A DNA stretch of 64,000 nt from Cenococcum geophilum (lineage: Eukaryota): positions 8,246,001-8,310,000 of the forward strand of contig CP158636.1 of assembly GCA_050273025.1 (NCBI GenBank), given 5' to 3'. A program made the position numbers and the translations under genes. The notes beneath the pieces were generated by a model that was not told the DNA's origin, made no database searches, and was given only the letters and a program-made list of their open reading frames with translations. Position 1 is the stretch's first letter, and every line of letters begins with the position of its first letter. Below are positions 13,111 to 26,053 of the stretch, piece after piece.

Positions 13111-13755
13111 TACGCGGGCTCGCTTAATCGCCACCAATCACCAATAGCTGTACTATTTTGGTTGCCCTAGGGAATTATTCTAATTGGCTGGGGGAATTGA
13201 ATTGAAAGTAATTCAGAACTTCCTCTTCTCCCCCTTTTTCGCCCATGCCGTCGCTAAAACAATACTGTTTCTGCAGAGATCCAGTCGATGGGATTTGGTA
13301 ATATCGTACAGGTGGAACCTCACGATATTTAACTGGGGCGCGAACAGCTTGAAGTTCTTAGCCAAGCATGGGCGTTTGCTACAATTGCTATGAACAGTTA
13401 GTGGCAATCAGGCGAAATCACTTTTGCCTAAGGGGGGTGACGCTGGTCGTGCACATAGCTGTAAGATGAAACTTAAGAACTTCTAGTAGTGGCCTAATTC
13501 ATGGGAATCTTGGAACTGCAAATATCTAGTTGAGGAATTGGGGTTCATCCTTTCAAAGATATATAAAGGTGTATGGGTGGGCAATTTAGAGAGTAGGTAT
13601 TAATACAAGGACGCAGTGTCCCATGCCGTGTTTCCCTCAACTAGATAAATATCTATAATCACATCTGAAGCAATGCACAAAGAACTCCGCAAATATGCCA
13701 TACCGCCGATCCACCAGGACCAGAACGCCTCCTCTAAGAGGCCTATAACACGCAC

Positions 13756-15254
13756 TCAGAACTTCCCACTTTCTCTCCTCCCAATTCCAAGTCCTCTGTA
13801 CTGCGCGAACATTTCAGGCGCTACTGCTGATCCTCTACCCTCCCCAAATCCACCAGGTGTACTCATACGTTTCAGAGGACTTCCTTCTCTCTTGGAAGGA
13901 GTGCCCTCTCGCCTTCTTTCTCCATTACCATCCTCACGAAGGAAATTCGTTGATGCAGCTTTACGCAGGGGTGAGGCGGCATGTGAATAAACACCCAAAC
14001 TGCCTCCGTCTCCACTCCCAACTCCGGAAGGCCGGAACTGAGGCTGACGGATAGCTGTCGGGGTCCTCGAGGGACGGATGGGAGAAGAGTCACCCACTGT
14101 AGATGTAGCTGCGGATACAGGTGGAAAATAGCCGTTTGCAGGAGTTCCGAGTGACGGGGTTATAGAAGATCGTGGAAGGTGTAGATTCTGTTTCGAAAGG
14201 AGATTGTCAGGATCATATTGCGGAGCATAGCTTGGATTAGGGTTTGTGCGAAAACCGCGGTTGATTATAGTAGTTGGAGTATATGTGTCGACTTCGGTAG
14301 CGATTGCGCCAGAATCGCGTCGATTTGAGGGTGGCGTCTGGGTCCCGACGTTGCGAACAGGTTTTTGTAGGGACGGATGCACGAATTTTGTGTCGTATTC
14401 GTGCAATACCTCCTTGTGTATACGAGCAGAATCCCTCGACTGTTGGGAAAACGACGCTTGAAGCAAGCTCAACTGCACAGAGAGCAAAGCTGCTAGAATC
14501 ATTGTAATTACGACCGTCACACTAGGCCGTGGGTCTAGTGATGTGACGGGCAGGAAAAGCCAGTATACGAGGACGTGGCCTGGACTGAAAAGGCAGAACA
14601 ACTGAAGACATAGCGGGCTTGGATCCCACACTGCCAGCTCCCAAACATCCCTTGCAGCGTCCGGGTGAGCTCGAGATTCAGCATTTGTTGATGCTATTAT
14701 GCTAGAAAGAAGCCGTAGAGGCGAAGATGATATGGGTGACGAATCGACGCGGACACGGTGGGCCGAAGGAGTGGAAGGAGGTGCATCGATGGATTGCTCG
14801 AATAAACGGTAATGACGCCGACGGTAGAATGTATAGAAAGCATTGGAGAGAGAAATTAATGTAAGAGAGTGGACGATAAACATCGACTAAATGTTGCAAG
14901 AGTCAGCATTTGCAATTTAGGGTGAAAGAGTCGCTGTTAGCAGACTTCCAAATTCATGAAATGAAACAAATGCAAAGGAACACCTACAAGCCATAATAGC
15001 CAACCACTCCCTCTTCTGCTTCCATAGTCTCCAAAAACATCATCATCTCCGGAACTTCTTGATACTCCTGTGTTCGCTTTCGCAATGATGAATACCAGGT
15101 TCACTCCTACACCGATCGGTATAGCCCATGCTCTCTGAAAGTCATCCCAGCCGTTGCCATTAAGCTCCTCCGAGACCCATAATAGAAAATCCCACGGATT
15201 CAAATACGCCTTGATACGCTCAGAAAGCGGCGCACGGCGTATGAGGCGGGGCAT
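13756..15254 (-). CDS. Nuclear rim protein Nur1/Mug154 family, 2 exons
   Basis: MPRLIRRAPLSERIKAYLNPWDFLLWVSEE start; LAVWDP..CLQLFCLFSPGH and EVLHEYDTKFVHP motifs; intron about 14887-14988. Confidence 0.88.
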
Positions 15255-15534
15255 TAGAGCGGTGTTTGGTGGTGAGGTTGCAGGAGGCGAAAACACGTCG
15301 AAGAGAATCAAGAAGTGGATATATAAAAGTTCTCCATGAAATGATCACACGCACCTACAAAACGTAAGAAATAGCGTTCACTTCATTTCTGTTAGTGAAA
15401 ATGGAGTGATCACGACGTTTGTAAACAATGTACTTTGAAATGTCTCAGAACGGCTAATAGTTGTTCCGGATACGCAGCGTATCATCCCGCGATAGCTTGA
15501 CCTCTTTGCGACACCAGCTTCACCACCAGAAAGC

Positions 15535-16126
15535 ATGGCAGCTCCAACTTCCGCATACAAGGATAGGCAGTTTCTTGCAGTCATTGGGGATGAAGTGGAG
15601 CCTCACTTTCTAGCTCTCTTCCCAGCCATACTAACTTATATCTCAGGACTCGGTAACAGGTCTACTTCTAGCAGGCGTTGGTGTAAGCTTAAACCCTTCC
15701 ATACTCCATGTCTTAGCTAAAAATTGATTTAGCATGTTACGCAACCCCCAGACTCGCAGAAAAACTTCCTCGTTGTCGACGCTAAGACCGAGAACTCGGC
15801 CATTGAAGCTGCATTTGACCGCTTTACGAATGAGCGGAAAGACATTGCCATTCTTCTTATAAACCAACACGTAAGATATGCCATTATCAATGCTTTCAGA
15901 TTGCTTCTGTTCTTTCTCCGTATCAACTTCTCTATTCTGCTATAGAAACAGTAAAACAACCCCGCTAACACAACGTGATTTCCAGATCGCAGACCGTATA
16001 CGTCACCGCGTAGACACCTACACAGCTGCCTTTCCTTCTTTACTCGAGATACCTTCTAAAGACCATCCTTACGACCCAGAGAAAGACAGTGTACTGAAGC
16101 GCGTCAGGCGGTTGTTCGGAGAATAG
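15535..16126 (+). CDS. VMA7: V-type ATPase subunit F, 4 exons
   Basis: [22 protein letters not shown]...[16 protein letters not shown]...[27 protein letters not shown]. Confidence 0.96.
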
Positions 16127-16808
16127 ATTACCTTATTCTCCTTGCAGCTTGTCTTTCAGCAATCAATAACTCCATAATGTCCAAGAACATTCATTTACTG
16201 CGTCCAAATGAATCATATGTTTGTGTAGTCGTATGGGTGTTGAATGTAGGAGTATATGAGCCCGGGTGGTGGAATACTCTTGTAATGGCCTTCTCTGTTA
16301 TTATCAGAGAAACATTGTGGATATATTGACTGGCTGCTGCGGCCAGTAAAGTATACGGATCAGGATTTAGGCTATGTCGTAAGACAGCATCCTTAAGGTG
16401 CATCAACAAGATATCCAAAGCCAAGAGTAAAAATGATCGTTTATCTTTAATATGCTCCATCGATAATGATTCGGAAGAGACCGAATCGCGTACATAACGA
16501 CATTGGAAATAGACCCTTGTTTCTTTAGAATGCGCACTAGTACAAGTGTGAAGAGAATCCGAACTGAAAGACACAGTGGTATCGGAGTCCATTCCCAAGC
16601 GAGAGCAAAGGAACTTCAAAAATGCAACATAATGAAAAGGCAATCTCGCCATTATCTCGTATCATCCAAACTTAGAAGTTCAAGTCCTCAGTACTACAGC
16701 TTCGCAATTCACTCTCTCCTTCAATTTACAGGCCTTACTATATCCTAATCCTCATATACCTTAACGATGCTAACAATTGTAAGCTCCCTACATGAGCTCG
16801 CCATCTCT

Positions 16809-17539
16809 TTATTTGCCGAAGTGAACATCAGCAGTGAGACAAGTGATCTTATCGCCATCCTTGGTGAAAACGTCGGCCATAACATGGTACTCCCCCTATA
16901 CACGCGATATTAGCCTTTCTGTCTTCCCCATCCACTCTAGAGATAAACATAATGTTGGACGTACTGAGGGGATCTGGCTGGGCAAGTTCACACTCTTAGT
17001 TAACTCCAGCGGGCCCTTCTCGAGTGGACACTCGAGATCTACATTCTTGACTTGATTACATAGGTCCGTTTCCTGGTTGATGAGCGTGATGAGACCGTAT
17101 TTGACTTGCAAATGGATCTTGGCGCCGTTTTCGACAGTTTTCTTCAGCACACCCGTTGCTTTGATATCGAGAGTTTGACCACTGTATGAGAGTATCAAAT
17201 TAGCACATGACAACAAAGATGGATATATGCGGTGGGTAATCATAGCAGAAGCAGTAGACGCAGAAGCAACGATACTTCTCAATCCGGCTTCTGTGTGGCT
17301 GGAGGGTTTACAGAGAAATGGAGTGGAATAGCTTACGCTTCCGGGGGATTAGGTGATAAATCGACGGAATCAATCTCCAGAATGTCGGTGGGTGGATTTG
17401 AGCAAAAGAGAAGCGGGTTTTCGCCGGGCACTTCCACACTGTTCTCCTTCACAGAGACTTGATTTCCATTAAGCCATGACGATCGGGCAGAGACAGTGAT
17501 GGTAAGAACAACCGGGAGAAGAAGCGAAGTGAGCTTCAT
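16809..17539 (-). CDS. NPC2: ML-domain PG/PI transfer protein (NPC2-like), 3 exons
   Basis: Signal peptide, VPGENPLLFC, VDLSPNPP, VKYGLITLI...DLC...LECP, and GEYHVMADVFTKDGDKITCLTADVHFGK*. Confidence 0.93.
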
Positions 17540-18156
17540 CGTAGGCGAGTGCTACTCTGAGAGAATAGTGAGGTGGTTGAGGTGGAGTGTTAGCGGAAGT
17601 GAGCGTTGAAGCTGGAAGCTGGTGGTTGCGGTGGTGATAGCGATAATGAGGCTGGGGCGAAATGGCGCCGCCTTCGCTTGCTGCGGAGTCCAGGCGGGCG
17701 GAAAGCGCCGCGATTTTGTTGGTCAGGCTGTCAGACGAAGCTTTCCTGCCTGCGAACCTTTGCCGTTTCCTCTGCCCGATACGGTCACCTGGCACAAAAC
17801 TCCCGCCGACTCTAGCATTCTCGTTAATTTCCTTATTCAATCACGTTTATATCTTACCTAAGCCTTATGTCTTTGGATAGGGTCACCGTCATTACTTCTG
17901 CCTATCATATTGATTTCAATGGCAAAAGCAGGTAAGTGGCTGAAACAATACATAATGTTAGGCAAAATGCCGGTAGGTTCCTTATACGGATATCTCCACA
18001 GCTAGTTAGGCAGTAAGTGAAGGAAAGAAATCTGACTACCTATGCTGTCCTTCAGTACGCTTCAATGGAGTAATTTAAGTGCAATTCCCCCTGAAAGGAT
18101 TGCTTGAACCAAACTACACGCGTATAACAAACACCATGTATGTTTCGAGAACCACC

Positions 18157-19170
18157 ATACCACCATCTGGAATTTGAATTTGTCATCTCTAACAATCTCC
18201 TCCTTCTGCGCCTCTAATTCAGCTATATCCCAGTTTGAAACGATGAGTCTCCCGCTCAGCCACCTCTCCGTGTCTTTGTAAGCCACACGAGTACGGCTGC
18301 TGGAATGCTTGCCTCATGTTGGAGATCTATACACCAGTTTGCATATTTATCACGCACCCATTTCTGGAGGAAGTTATACAAGTTTGCAACTCAGCCGGCA
18401 CTTTCTGGGGACGTGCTCATTCTTTGTTGGAACACCTCCAGGATGCAGCGCATATGCCACAAGACCTTGATCTTTATACTCATTATCAAGGAATTCGATG
18501 AACCTTTTCATCGCAAGCTTGCCCATGCCCATGCTAATAGAATAGCTTGCAAAAATACGAGGACATGCTTGAAATGGCAATCACAGCCCTTGCGCCACCT
18601 TCGGTAGCTAGGAGCAGTGAGATCAGAGTTCGTGTGACTAGATACACACCGAAAACATTATCGTCAAACTTTTTCCTAAAATCCTCAGGATTGCTTTTCG
18701 TAATGAGTTTCCATCCAGCCTCATCGAGAAAGGCTGCGTCGTTCACAATGACATCCAGTCGGCCTTGATGATCCTCGCGAATAGCTTTTGCGAGATTCTC
18801 CACATCTGATGTTAGCGTTACATCATACTTCACGACCTAGACCTTGGTTTTCGGGGATATTCCAGGTACACGGCGTGTAACGCCATCGGGCTCATCCTGT
18901 GAACGAGCTGCAAGAACAATCCCGCTCGCGCCTGCTTGAGCGTAAGCTACGGTGTACGCTTCTATGAGTCCGCGGCCACCTCCAGTAATCACAACCACAA
19001 AAGGGTTCGGTAAAGTGACCTTCAATTTCGGTAAACGGGCTACTATGATATGTTTTGCTTACAAACATCCCCATGTGGGCCTGCGGGGCGGCGACTTCTG
19101 TAGCCTTCATCATTATGCTCGATTGTTCAAAGGCTGAGATCAAAAGTCGAAGATACTTTTAGGATGACAT
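18157..19170 (-). pseudogene. Short-chain dehydrogenase/reductase, disrupted
   Basis: VVVITGGGRGL, GRLDVIVNDAA, SYSISM..K, LHPGGV and WLSGR.IVSNWDI motifs spread over several frames with stops. Confidence 0.85.
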
Positions 19171-19633
19171 TGAGGATTTGATAAAGTAGATGGCAGTAAT
19201 GACAAGATAATGGCAGACCAGCTTTAAGGACGATTTCTGGTAACTTCGAGACTACGGTATTCTCAGACCGTTCACACCGATCCTAGGCAAGGCAACCATG
19301 TGGCGACTAACTAACATTGCACTTGAAACTCAGCGAAGGATCTAGTGCTGATATATGATATAAGGCGTTCCACGAGACATGATCTTTCTTCTAAAAGAAG
19401 AAAACGCTGCAAGTGACGTCCAATAAGTACAAAGATATTAAATAAGGTAAGTGTTCATCCTTTAGATCTGCAATTTTTTAATGTTAAAATCCCACTAGTA
19501 ACATTTAAGACTTCTGGAGGGCCAAATAAAACTCGGATTGCATCCTGTTCAAGATAGCTCATTAGCGCCGACGAACGAGAAAGCGGCGAAAAGACCATTC
19601 AAACATTCGCTGGAAACAATCATAGAAGTATCA

Positions 19634-20739
19634 TTAGCCCCCACCTCCAGTAGCGGCACCAAACACCTCCATAGTGTGCTTTACTACCTTCTCAATTCCG
19701 TCTTTCTTCCTATACCTCTCAAGACGTGCGTGGTTACGGAGTATATCGCCATCCCAATTTACACAATAACAACCACTTCCCCTCTCACCATTCGAACCAA
19801 TGGCAATTTCGATGTCTCCTGGGGAAGATGATCGCCTGTCTACCGTAACCAAAGTTGGATATACTTCCGACGTCGCATGAAACAGCATCCTCTCACCCGT
19901 CTCACCAACCGGAACGCAGAACAGTTTGATCAGCGGAAACAAAACCCATTTGATCAGCCATTTCACAAATCCCGGGAATTCGCTTTTCTCCATTTCTTGC
20001 GTTTGCACAAGACCAGGCCAAATATGCAGGAAGCTAACGCTAGGGTTTGTCGCTGCAAGGCATTCCATGAAGAAGGTGTTCTCAAATGTGGGGTGGCTTA
20101 TACTCTTCAGAACTGAATATTTCTCTTTAAGCCCGATATCATCAAGTTTCAGGCTCAGCTCTCCACGGCCTGGTGCGAAGACTGAAATGACGCGCGCGCA
20201 AGGAGATGTGGAGAGTAATGGGAGGAGGCCAGTTGCAAAGCGCATTCGAGAATAGTACCGCAGTGACAGAACTGTGTCAATTCCTTCAACAGTTTCTTTA
20301 TTATAAGGCGATGTGAGTAAGAACTTGCGATGACTACGCAGGGAGAAAGGACGCATCTAAAGACGGAGACACCATCGACATACCATTTCGTCCGGCAAAT
20401 GTCAGGTATCCCTGAGACATGAACAGTAAATCCACTCTCTGCTCCTGGCTTTTGATCTCCTCACACGCTGAGTCCACATTCTTCAGCAACGAGACGTCTT
20501 TCTGAATAAAAATGACCGTTGATTCCGGGCTTGAATCTTGACACAGGTTTATAATAGCCTCAGCCGCAGTCTTGTTGCGCCCGACGATATAAATCGTACA
20601 TTTCTCGCCATGTGCAGCGAGAGCTTTGACAGTTGCTTCCCCAATACCGCTAGTCCCACCTACAAAAAACGGCCACGAAACCGCTGCTGCGAGCTTTGAA
20701 GGCTGCGTTTGATGAGCGGATGTTAGCGAGCTTTACCAT
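19634..20739 (-). pseudogene. SDR-like oxidoreductase with one +1 frameshift
   Basis: MVKLANIRSSN...VAVF/VGGTSGIG; an extra T in a T6 run (plus-strand A6 at 20664-20669) shifts the frame. One intron at about 20299-20384; the rest reads open. Confidence 0.75.
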
Positions 20740-21699
20740 GGCAATTTGGCACTGCTGCTTTAGAAAGCTATAGATGTGAAGGTGAGTTTATTTTGTTTGT
20801 GGTGGGGTGTTACTGTCTTATTCTGTCGACCTGGTGCCGATCACTACTATATTAGGGTTAGATCAGAGGTGCCCGTATATATAGCCTCATTTTCTTCGTA
20901 GATCAATCTACATACGAGTTCGTTCGACATATTCACTTCCTCACTTCCACGACACCTGCACTTCAAGCCGGCCCATCAGACGCTTACCTTGAGTCTTCTC
21001 CAGTGCCACATCCATAGCGCCTTGTCTATCAAATATAGCTCCTTCTCTAACTCTTAGAGTTTCGGCGAAATACTTAGAGGAACCCGTTTTCGCACGTCGG
21101 TGGGATCGGCAACCGGCAAAGGAAGGGCTTCTCAGGGGCCTTCTTTGAATATGAACCGTTGCATGGGAGGACATTCGCGGGAATGCCAGACGTTGAATGT
21201 GGAAATGAACTGTTATTCCAGATTACCTAGGTTGGTCTTATTGATCCAACTCAATATTGGGCTACTTCTTACATTTAGGGAGCGCCGATATTCAGTAAAC
21301 ATATAACCGTAAATGGCGTAACCTTCGCTATTATGAAAAACCTCTAATATTCTTATGCTTTCTTCCACCTCTGTCTCCAGGTCAAAGAATACCTCCTCTG
21401 GATTGGTGCCATGTGGATCTACTAGCAAAGCTTAATCTGAAGAACTCTCAGCTTCCTTTGATATGTTATATTTACGAAAGAGCGATTTTTGTACTTGTGT
21501 GACTAGAGCCCTCCTAGCACAATGACGAGTTAACCTTCCAAGCATGTACCCTTTTAATCGACAGCCGGAGAAAATGGCTTCGAGGGATAGAGCTAGTAAT
21601 AACAATGACTTGAATCGATTGGTTTTTAATTTTGTGGATGATCAGTCAGCAGAGCGGAAGTAGTATTTAACAAGAACTAGGCTATATTTAGTGGCCCAT

Positions 21700-21987
21700 T
21701 TGCGCAGGCTTTTTCGTACAAGTAAGAATTACATCTCTCTAGAACCTGATGTGGATCAAGTTAGTGGTAAGTTTTTTTCTGTTCTTCGAAGGCCAGCTTC
21801 TCTATGACTTAAGAGAAAAGGGTGGTGGTTCACATTAGTTCATCGGCGGTAAGTCTGCTCCCTCAACTGCAAAAGAGCTATATTGAAACATAAGTTAGAA
21901 TGCTATGTTCATGGACTTATCGATGGTGAGGCTCTGGAATATGAAGAGGATGGTACTGTCAAAAAGGAGGAGTTTATCTTGGCTTAG
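21700..21987 (+). pseudogene. C-terminal remnant of a HET-domain (het-6-like) gene
   Basis: RRLFRTSKNYI...LREKGGGSH*FIG, intron, then ECYVHGLIDGEAL...EEFILA*, matching the typical GECYVHG.MDGE tail. Confidence 0.65.
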
Positions 21988-22092
21988 GTTGAGGAACGAG
22001 ATCCGGACACACAATCTTGTTGCTACAACACTGTCTCAAATGTTACACCTAGATCCCCAAAACTAAAGGCTGTAGGACTCAGCGCATAGCTC

Positions 22093-22773
22093 TCATGACT
22101 CCTTAAACTCCTCCGGCGTATCCTCCTGCCGTCTCCAATGCGCCTTCCGCACTGCCTCTGTCCCGCTCATCTCCTCAAACACGCCTTTCAGCCTCGGAAA
22201 CTTCCCCAAATCAACGCTAAACCGCTCGACAGCCCACACAGCAGGGACCAAGCACACATCGGCCAAGGTAATCTCGTCGCCGACCGAGAACTGACCTGCC
22301 GTCTTCTCAAGCGTCGCCTCGTACGCCGCGAACCCGCGCTCTATGAAGTGCCGACACCACTCCGCGGGATCCTTGCCCAGCTGTTGCACGGCAAGGATGA
22401 TGCGCCGGTTCGTGATAGGCTGGATGTCGCACGCGACGATGTTTACCAAGGTGCGCACTTGCGCGCGTTCGAGTGCGCGCTCTGGTGCTGGGAGCAACGG
22501 ATGCACGCCTGGGAACGCTTCTTCGAGGTACTCTAATGCGGCGATCGATTGGCCGATTGAGAATGATGTGTCGGTGTCTAGCCGTGTGAGGACGGGGACG
22601 GACGCGGAGGGGTTGATGGCTGCGTAGGTGGAACTTAGTTGCTCGTCTTTGAGAAGGTTGGTCACGGTTGTTGTATAGGGGATTTGCTTGAGAGCTAGAG
22701 CTATGCGAAGACGGCCTGAACAAGAAGAGCGAAAGTATGTGTGGAGATGGAATTTGGGGGTTTGTGATGCCAT
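22093..22773 (-). CDS. maiA: Maleylacetoacetate isomerase (GST zeta)
   Basis: YFRSSCSGRLRIAL, INP...VP, QSIAALEYLEE, DIQPITN and TLADVCLVP motifs; intact 226 aa. Confidence 0.93.
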   Translation of the reverse strand: MASQTPKFHLHTYFRSSCSGRLRIALALKQIPYTTTVTNLLKDEQLSSTYAAINPSASVPVLTRLDTDTSFSIGQSIAALEYLEEAFPGVHPLLPAPERALERAQVRTLVNIVACDIQPITNRRIILAVQQLGKDPAEWCRHFIERGFAAYEATLEKTAGQFSVGDEITLADVCLVPAVWAVERFSVDLGKFPRLKGVFEEMSGTEAVRKAHWRRQEDTPEEFKES

Positions 22774-23279
22774 GATATTTAATAGTTTATGATAATAGAA
22801 ATATGCGAATATAACTGGATAAAGCTGCGAAATGTTGAAAGATATGCTTGATTGTATTTAGACAATATTTGGCCGTAAAGTAAAGTCGTTTTATAGTTTA
22901 GAGCTTGAAATTAAAGTTAAAGTCATGCTTTTATACTGTGCGCGGATTAAGATTAAAATATATGCTCGTGATGTTGCTTACATAGCTAAGCGGAAAGCTT
23001 TAGTAGCTAGGGAAATTAATTATAGAGTTTAGCTTTAAGCTAGAATTATTATAAATTAGTAAACTCTTAGTTAGATATAGCACGCGCTAAAACTGGGTTA
23101 GAGCACTATTAAAGGCTCTACTGGCTATACCACTTGCCTAATTAGGATAGCTAGCTAATAGCGTAACAGTTAGCGGACAGCGAGCGATCCAATTAACGCA
23201 GTCAGTAAGCTATCCCTTGCAACGTCAGGGTCCTCGAGTAGGTGGTCCGTGCAGGAACACAGTTTTCAAATCAAGGGAA

Positions 23280-23973
23280 ATTATCAGGTTGAATGTCAAT
23301 ATTTTGCGACCTACAACACTGGCCTTGAAACCTCAGCATTTTTCATAACCATGTTCGTACAAGAACGATTTCATAACCTACATCTATCCTTCACTATAAA
23401 ATCCATTGACTGAATCTCGTTCCACACGGCAATTGTTCGATTACAGAACACGGCCTGATTGCTATCGCTCCAACTTCTGTGTAGGTCGTAAACCTGCCAC
23501 GGAATAGCAGTCACTAAGTCATTCGAGGCCATACTCTGTCCGCACGCGCCTATGCCCTGGTTAAAAAATGTCAGTTCACCATATTAAAGGCTAGTGGGTA
23601 CTACGCCCACGGTCCTAGAGTCATTGATGTTAAGGCTATAGTCGGGATCAAGAGTGGGCTTGATCAGGATAGTGGTGTTAATGAAATTCCATTCACGTGA
23701 CCCGGCTAATGAGGGATATGACTAGGTCACTGGGAATGTTGTGATGGCAGAAATCGTTCGAGGACCAGGGTTCAGTAAACTAGCAGGCGTTGGAAGTGTG
23801 GTATTGGTTGTTGACGCAGCGTAGTGTATGGAAATGGTAGGTATTGTAGTACTTGGTATAATAAGTGTTGTGAAGGTGACTAAGGCAATATCCGGAACAG
23901 CTATATCGGACATCAATGGAGTGGAATATTCTGCAAATAGTGTGTTAGCGGAAGGTGACCCGGGTTGTGTCAA
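23280..23973 (-). pseudogene. Thr/Pro-rich protein with RlpA-like double-psi beta-barrel (expansin-like) domain, disrupted and 5'-truncated
   Basis: GELTFFNQGIGACG...VTAIPWQVYD...CNRTIAV...VKDRC with in-frame stops. The upstream part abuts the TE nest at about 24030. Confidence 0.6.
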
Positions 23974-24927
23974 ATTTAGAACCCATGATACGATGGAAGA
24001 GTTGGTAGTTTACTCACTAGGTCTTTAACGCTTTTTATAACATGCGGATCGTTAGCCCCCTAACGAAAATTTTAACCCGAGGTTATAAGTAATAAGCCAA
24101 TTAATTTTAGAGCTTTATTATATAGACTTTAATTAATATATATAGAGATAAGGTTTTCCAGGGGGAGACCCCCTGGGACCCCCCTATATAGAGCTTTTGC
24201 TTAATTTAGAAGTAGTAGTAAGATTAAGGCGCCTTGGTTACTGCTAGGTAAGGATCTACTACAGTAATTAAGGCGCCCTACTTAAGCTAGGCTTAAGGAT
24301 TATATTAGTCACGAATCTAGTATATATTTAGACTGCAGAGCTTTAATATAGAGCCCTCTATGTAGGATCTAATATAGTAGATTATGATTCTAATTTAAAG
24401 CTTTATATACTAAATATTTTTAATGCCTAATAACTAAATCGCTGTATAGCTAGAATTAAAGTAAGTCTACTACCCTAACTTGATTAAATACGCGTATAGG
24501 AAGAGATATAACTATATATAGAGACGTCTGATATAATTAAGTAACTATATTATTACCCACCCAGTTCGGATATACGACGACACGATAGCTTAGCAACAAC
24601 GTAATAGCTTGGCGCTAAGTAATGGGAGGGAGGAGGAGAGGAAGGAGATTAGGGGTGGCTCGGCTACTGCAAGAAGGTCGTAATATTAGTGTGGTATTAA
24701 ACTTTAAAAATTATATCCCGGGAGCTTAATTGACGACCCCTATATAAAATGTTAATAACGTTTAATTATAGAGCTTTAAACCGGCAGATCTCCTAGGAAT
24801 ACCTATTATAAGTAGCTCCAAGTGCAAAATCTAGAATATTTAGTAGTGGTGTGAGTATGGGATGGGGGTATATATTTGCGTTCCCAAATATCGTTATATA
24901 ACGCAATTTTTGGGTAATAAAAACCGC

Positions 24928-25926
24928 CGTTAACGTTGCTCGACTAACACCTACTGGAGGTTCCTCCGTCCTTCTTATCTCCTCTCTTACCCATCTCCTC
25001 GTTAGATACTATCTATATCGCTATATTAACTAATAGATCCCCTAGTAGAGACTAGGGAGGAGTATTAGAGCGCCTTTAGCTCTTATAAGGAAGAAGAAAG
25101 AAGAAGAGAGGAAGGTATAAAAGAGGGAGTATTTATAGACGGGAGAAGGCCTACAAACGGGAGATTAGGCAGCTATAATATAGACATTAATGTTACTTAA
25201 CTAATACCTACTAAACGCCCCTCCGTCCTTCCTGTCTCCTCTCTTACCTATCTCCTCGTTAGATGCTGTTTATATCACTACGTCGACTAATAGATCCCTT
25301 AGTAGGGACTAGGGAGGGGTATTAGAGCACCTCTAGCTCTTATAAGGAAGAAGAAAGAAGAAGAGAGGAAGATATAGAAGAGGGAGTATTTATAGACGGG
25401 AGGAGGCCTGCGAATGGGAGATTAGGCAGCTATAATATAGACGTTAACGTTACTCAGCTAACACCTACTGGAGACTCCTCCGTTCTTCCTGTCTTCTCTC
25501 TTACCCGTCTTCTCGTCCGATGCTGTCTATATCGCTATATTAACCAATAGATCCCTTAATAGGGACTAAAGAGGAGTATTAGAGAACCACTAGCTCTTAT
25601 AAGGAAAAAGAAAAGAAGAGAGGAAGGTATAAAGGAGGGAGTATTTATAGACGGGAGGAGGCCTGCGAGTATAGGAGATTAGGCAGCTATAATATAGCCA
25701 TTAACGTTGCTCAACTGACACCTACTGGAGGCTCCTCCGTCCTTCCTATCTTCTCTCTTGCCCGTCTCCTTATCTAATGCTATCTATATTACCATATCAA
25801 CCAATAAATCCCTTAGTAGAGACTAAGAAGTATTAGAGCACCTCCAGCTCTTATAAGGAAGAAGAAAAGAAAAAAGGAAGGTATAGAGAAGGGAGTATTT
25901 ATAGACGGGAGGAGGCCCTGCAAGTA
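24928..25926. repeat. Tandem array of about 3.9 x 257 bp
   Basis: Unit starts at 24928, 25185, 25442 and 25699 (cgttaacgttgctc.actaacacctactggagg...); copies differ mostly by transitions. Confidence 0.95.
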
Positions 25927-26053
25927 CGTGATTTGGTAAGTACTAATAAGCACGAGATTCTCGTATAAGATGGGCTTAATTACTTACCAAAATACGGGGT
26001 GTCTTTGTTACTGCAGTGGCTACTGCAGTAGTAGAGACGCCTTAAATATTTAA

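Noticed and set aside
16191..16652. 153-aa ORF between VMA7 and NPC2
   Set aside because: No motif, and it lies in the convergent 3' UTR region; probably spurious.
20941..21500. Minus-strand ORF fragments between the SDR-like gene and the HET remnant
   Set aside because: Coding-like but with no recognisable motif, so no product can be assigned.
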